Shown piece by piece: positions 62,895 through 64,000 of a DNA stretch of 64,000 nucleotides (positions are counted from its first letter, which is position 1; the number at the start of each line of letters is the position of its first letter). The position numbers and the translations under genes are program-made. The notes under the pieces were generated by a model, which searched no databases, had not been told where the DNA came from, and worked only from the letters and a program-made list of their open reading frames with translations. Source of the stretch: the human T2T-CHM13v2.0 reference genome, Homo sapiens; assembly GCF_009914755.1 (NCBI RefSeq), contig NC_060931.1, one strand, 5' to 3'.

Positions 62895-62962
62895 CATATG
62901 ATCACTCATGGCCTCCAAAGCCTGAAATATTTACTATCTGGTCCTTTATAGAAAAAGTTTAG
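62895..62962 (+). mobile_element. MER58-like fragment
   Basis: aaagcctgaaatatttactatctggtcctttatagaaaaagttt. Confidence 0.65.
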
Positions 62963-63405
62963 ACTGGCAGTTAGCATTTGAATTATCTGCCCTTTAGTTA
63001 TTTCATCCATGTGAGAAATGGAATAAAATCCATTAGAAGAAATTATTGTAAAGTACTTGACAATATTGGCATCTAATACACATTTGTCATGACAATGAGC
63101 AGCTTAGTAGTAGAAAAATGTCTTTTCAATTGGTTTGTTGCTGAAGGAATGTAGATACCTCTTGTTTTATAGTTTAAGTTCCAAAGTTTAATGTAGAGTA
63201 ATAGTATTTTATTCCTCTCCTTTCTCGGTGATCTCAGGAGCATTTCCAAGTATTAACTAAGCCTCATGGCAAATATCATCCCCCTTTTACAAATACAAAA
63301 ATTATAGCAGTGAGAATTTAAATTAGTTATTTAGGAGGATGTGGTAAAATGATAGAGGAAGTGGAAATAAAATTATCCTCATGAGTCGGTGCATTACTTC
63401 TTTGA

Positions 63406-63478
63406 TTATTCTCCAGCTCTAGCACACAGATAAAATAATTTTATTCTCCAGCTCTAGCACACAGATAAAATAATTTTA
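63406..63478. repeat. Perfect 35-bp tandem duplication
   Basis: ttattctccagctctagcacacagataaaataatt occurs twice (63406-63440, 63441-63475). Confidence 0.95.
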
Positions 63479-64000
63479 GAATTGTTTCCATTTATTTTTC
63501 CTTCTCCTGTGATAAGGGTGGAAAGAATATTTACTGGGAAAGTTGTGACTGTTTCACCCATTACAATCAATAAAACTAATCTACGAAAGAAAACTTGACC
63601 AACAATTCATTCATTCTTAATCTTCCCTAAAATGTGTGAGTCTAGTTAGGACCAATTTTTTTTTTAAAAACGTAGTTTTTGAGGAAATTGAAATGACCTG
63701 AAACAGAATAAAGAAAGATTTTAACAAATCTTGAAATGTGGTAAAACTTCTCTTTCATTTCTTATTGAAATGTCAGGACCCTGGTTGAACCAAAGAAAAC
63801 ATTTATGTATATTGGGTTGTGGGGCAAGGAGAAAGGATTTCTTAATTTTTATTTCATTCTATAAGAGTAGAATGAGGCCACCAAATCACTAGGATGAAAG
63901 AAGGAAGAGCCTGGAGGATTATGTTTCTTCTTGAGCCTGAAGCACATTATCTTTCAAAATCTGAAATTCTGCTCCTTTGTCAAAGCACAGTTCAGAGGCT

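Overview
Primate (almost certainly human/great-ape) AT-rich, repeat-dominated DNA. No intact cellular protein-coding gene, RNA gene or CRISPR array is visible, and almost every listed ORF is a by-product of a repeat. Main contents: two THE1A (MaLR) proviruses in opposite orientation, an env-less class I ERV (probably LTR9/HUERS-P3, tRNA-Pro PBS), a full-length but dead L1PA3-type LINE-1, a full-length processed KPNA2 (importin alpha-1) pseudogene with TSDs, and many Alu, L1, L2, MIR, MLT and MER fragments. The most notable structures are (1) a ~355 bp 3' transduction carried by the full-length L1, defined by a 13-bp TSD, (2) a zero-spacer head-to-head Alu pair in one TTTT/AAAA site with a 16-bp palindromic junction, and (3) an old L1 whose 5' terminus is fused directly to the end of ORF2. 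I found no evidence of a genuinely new biological system. Subfamily names come from remembered consensus sequences, and boundaries of old repeats are approximate.
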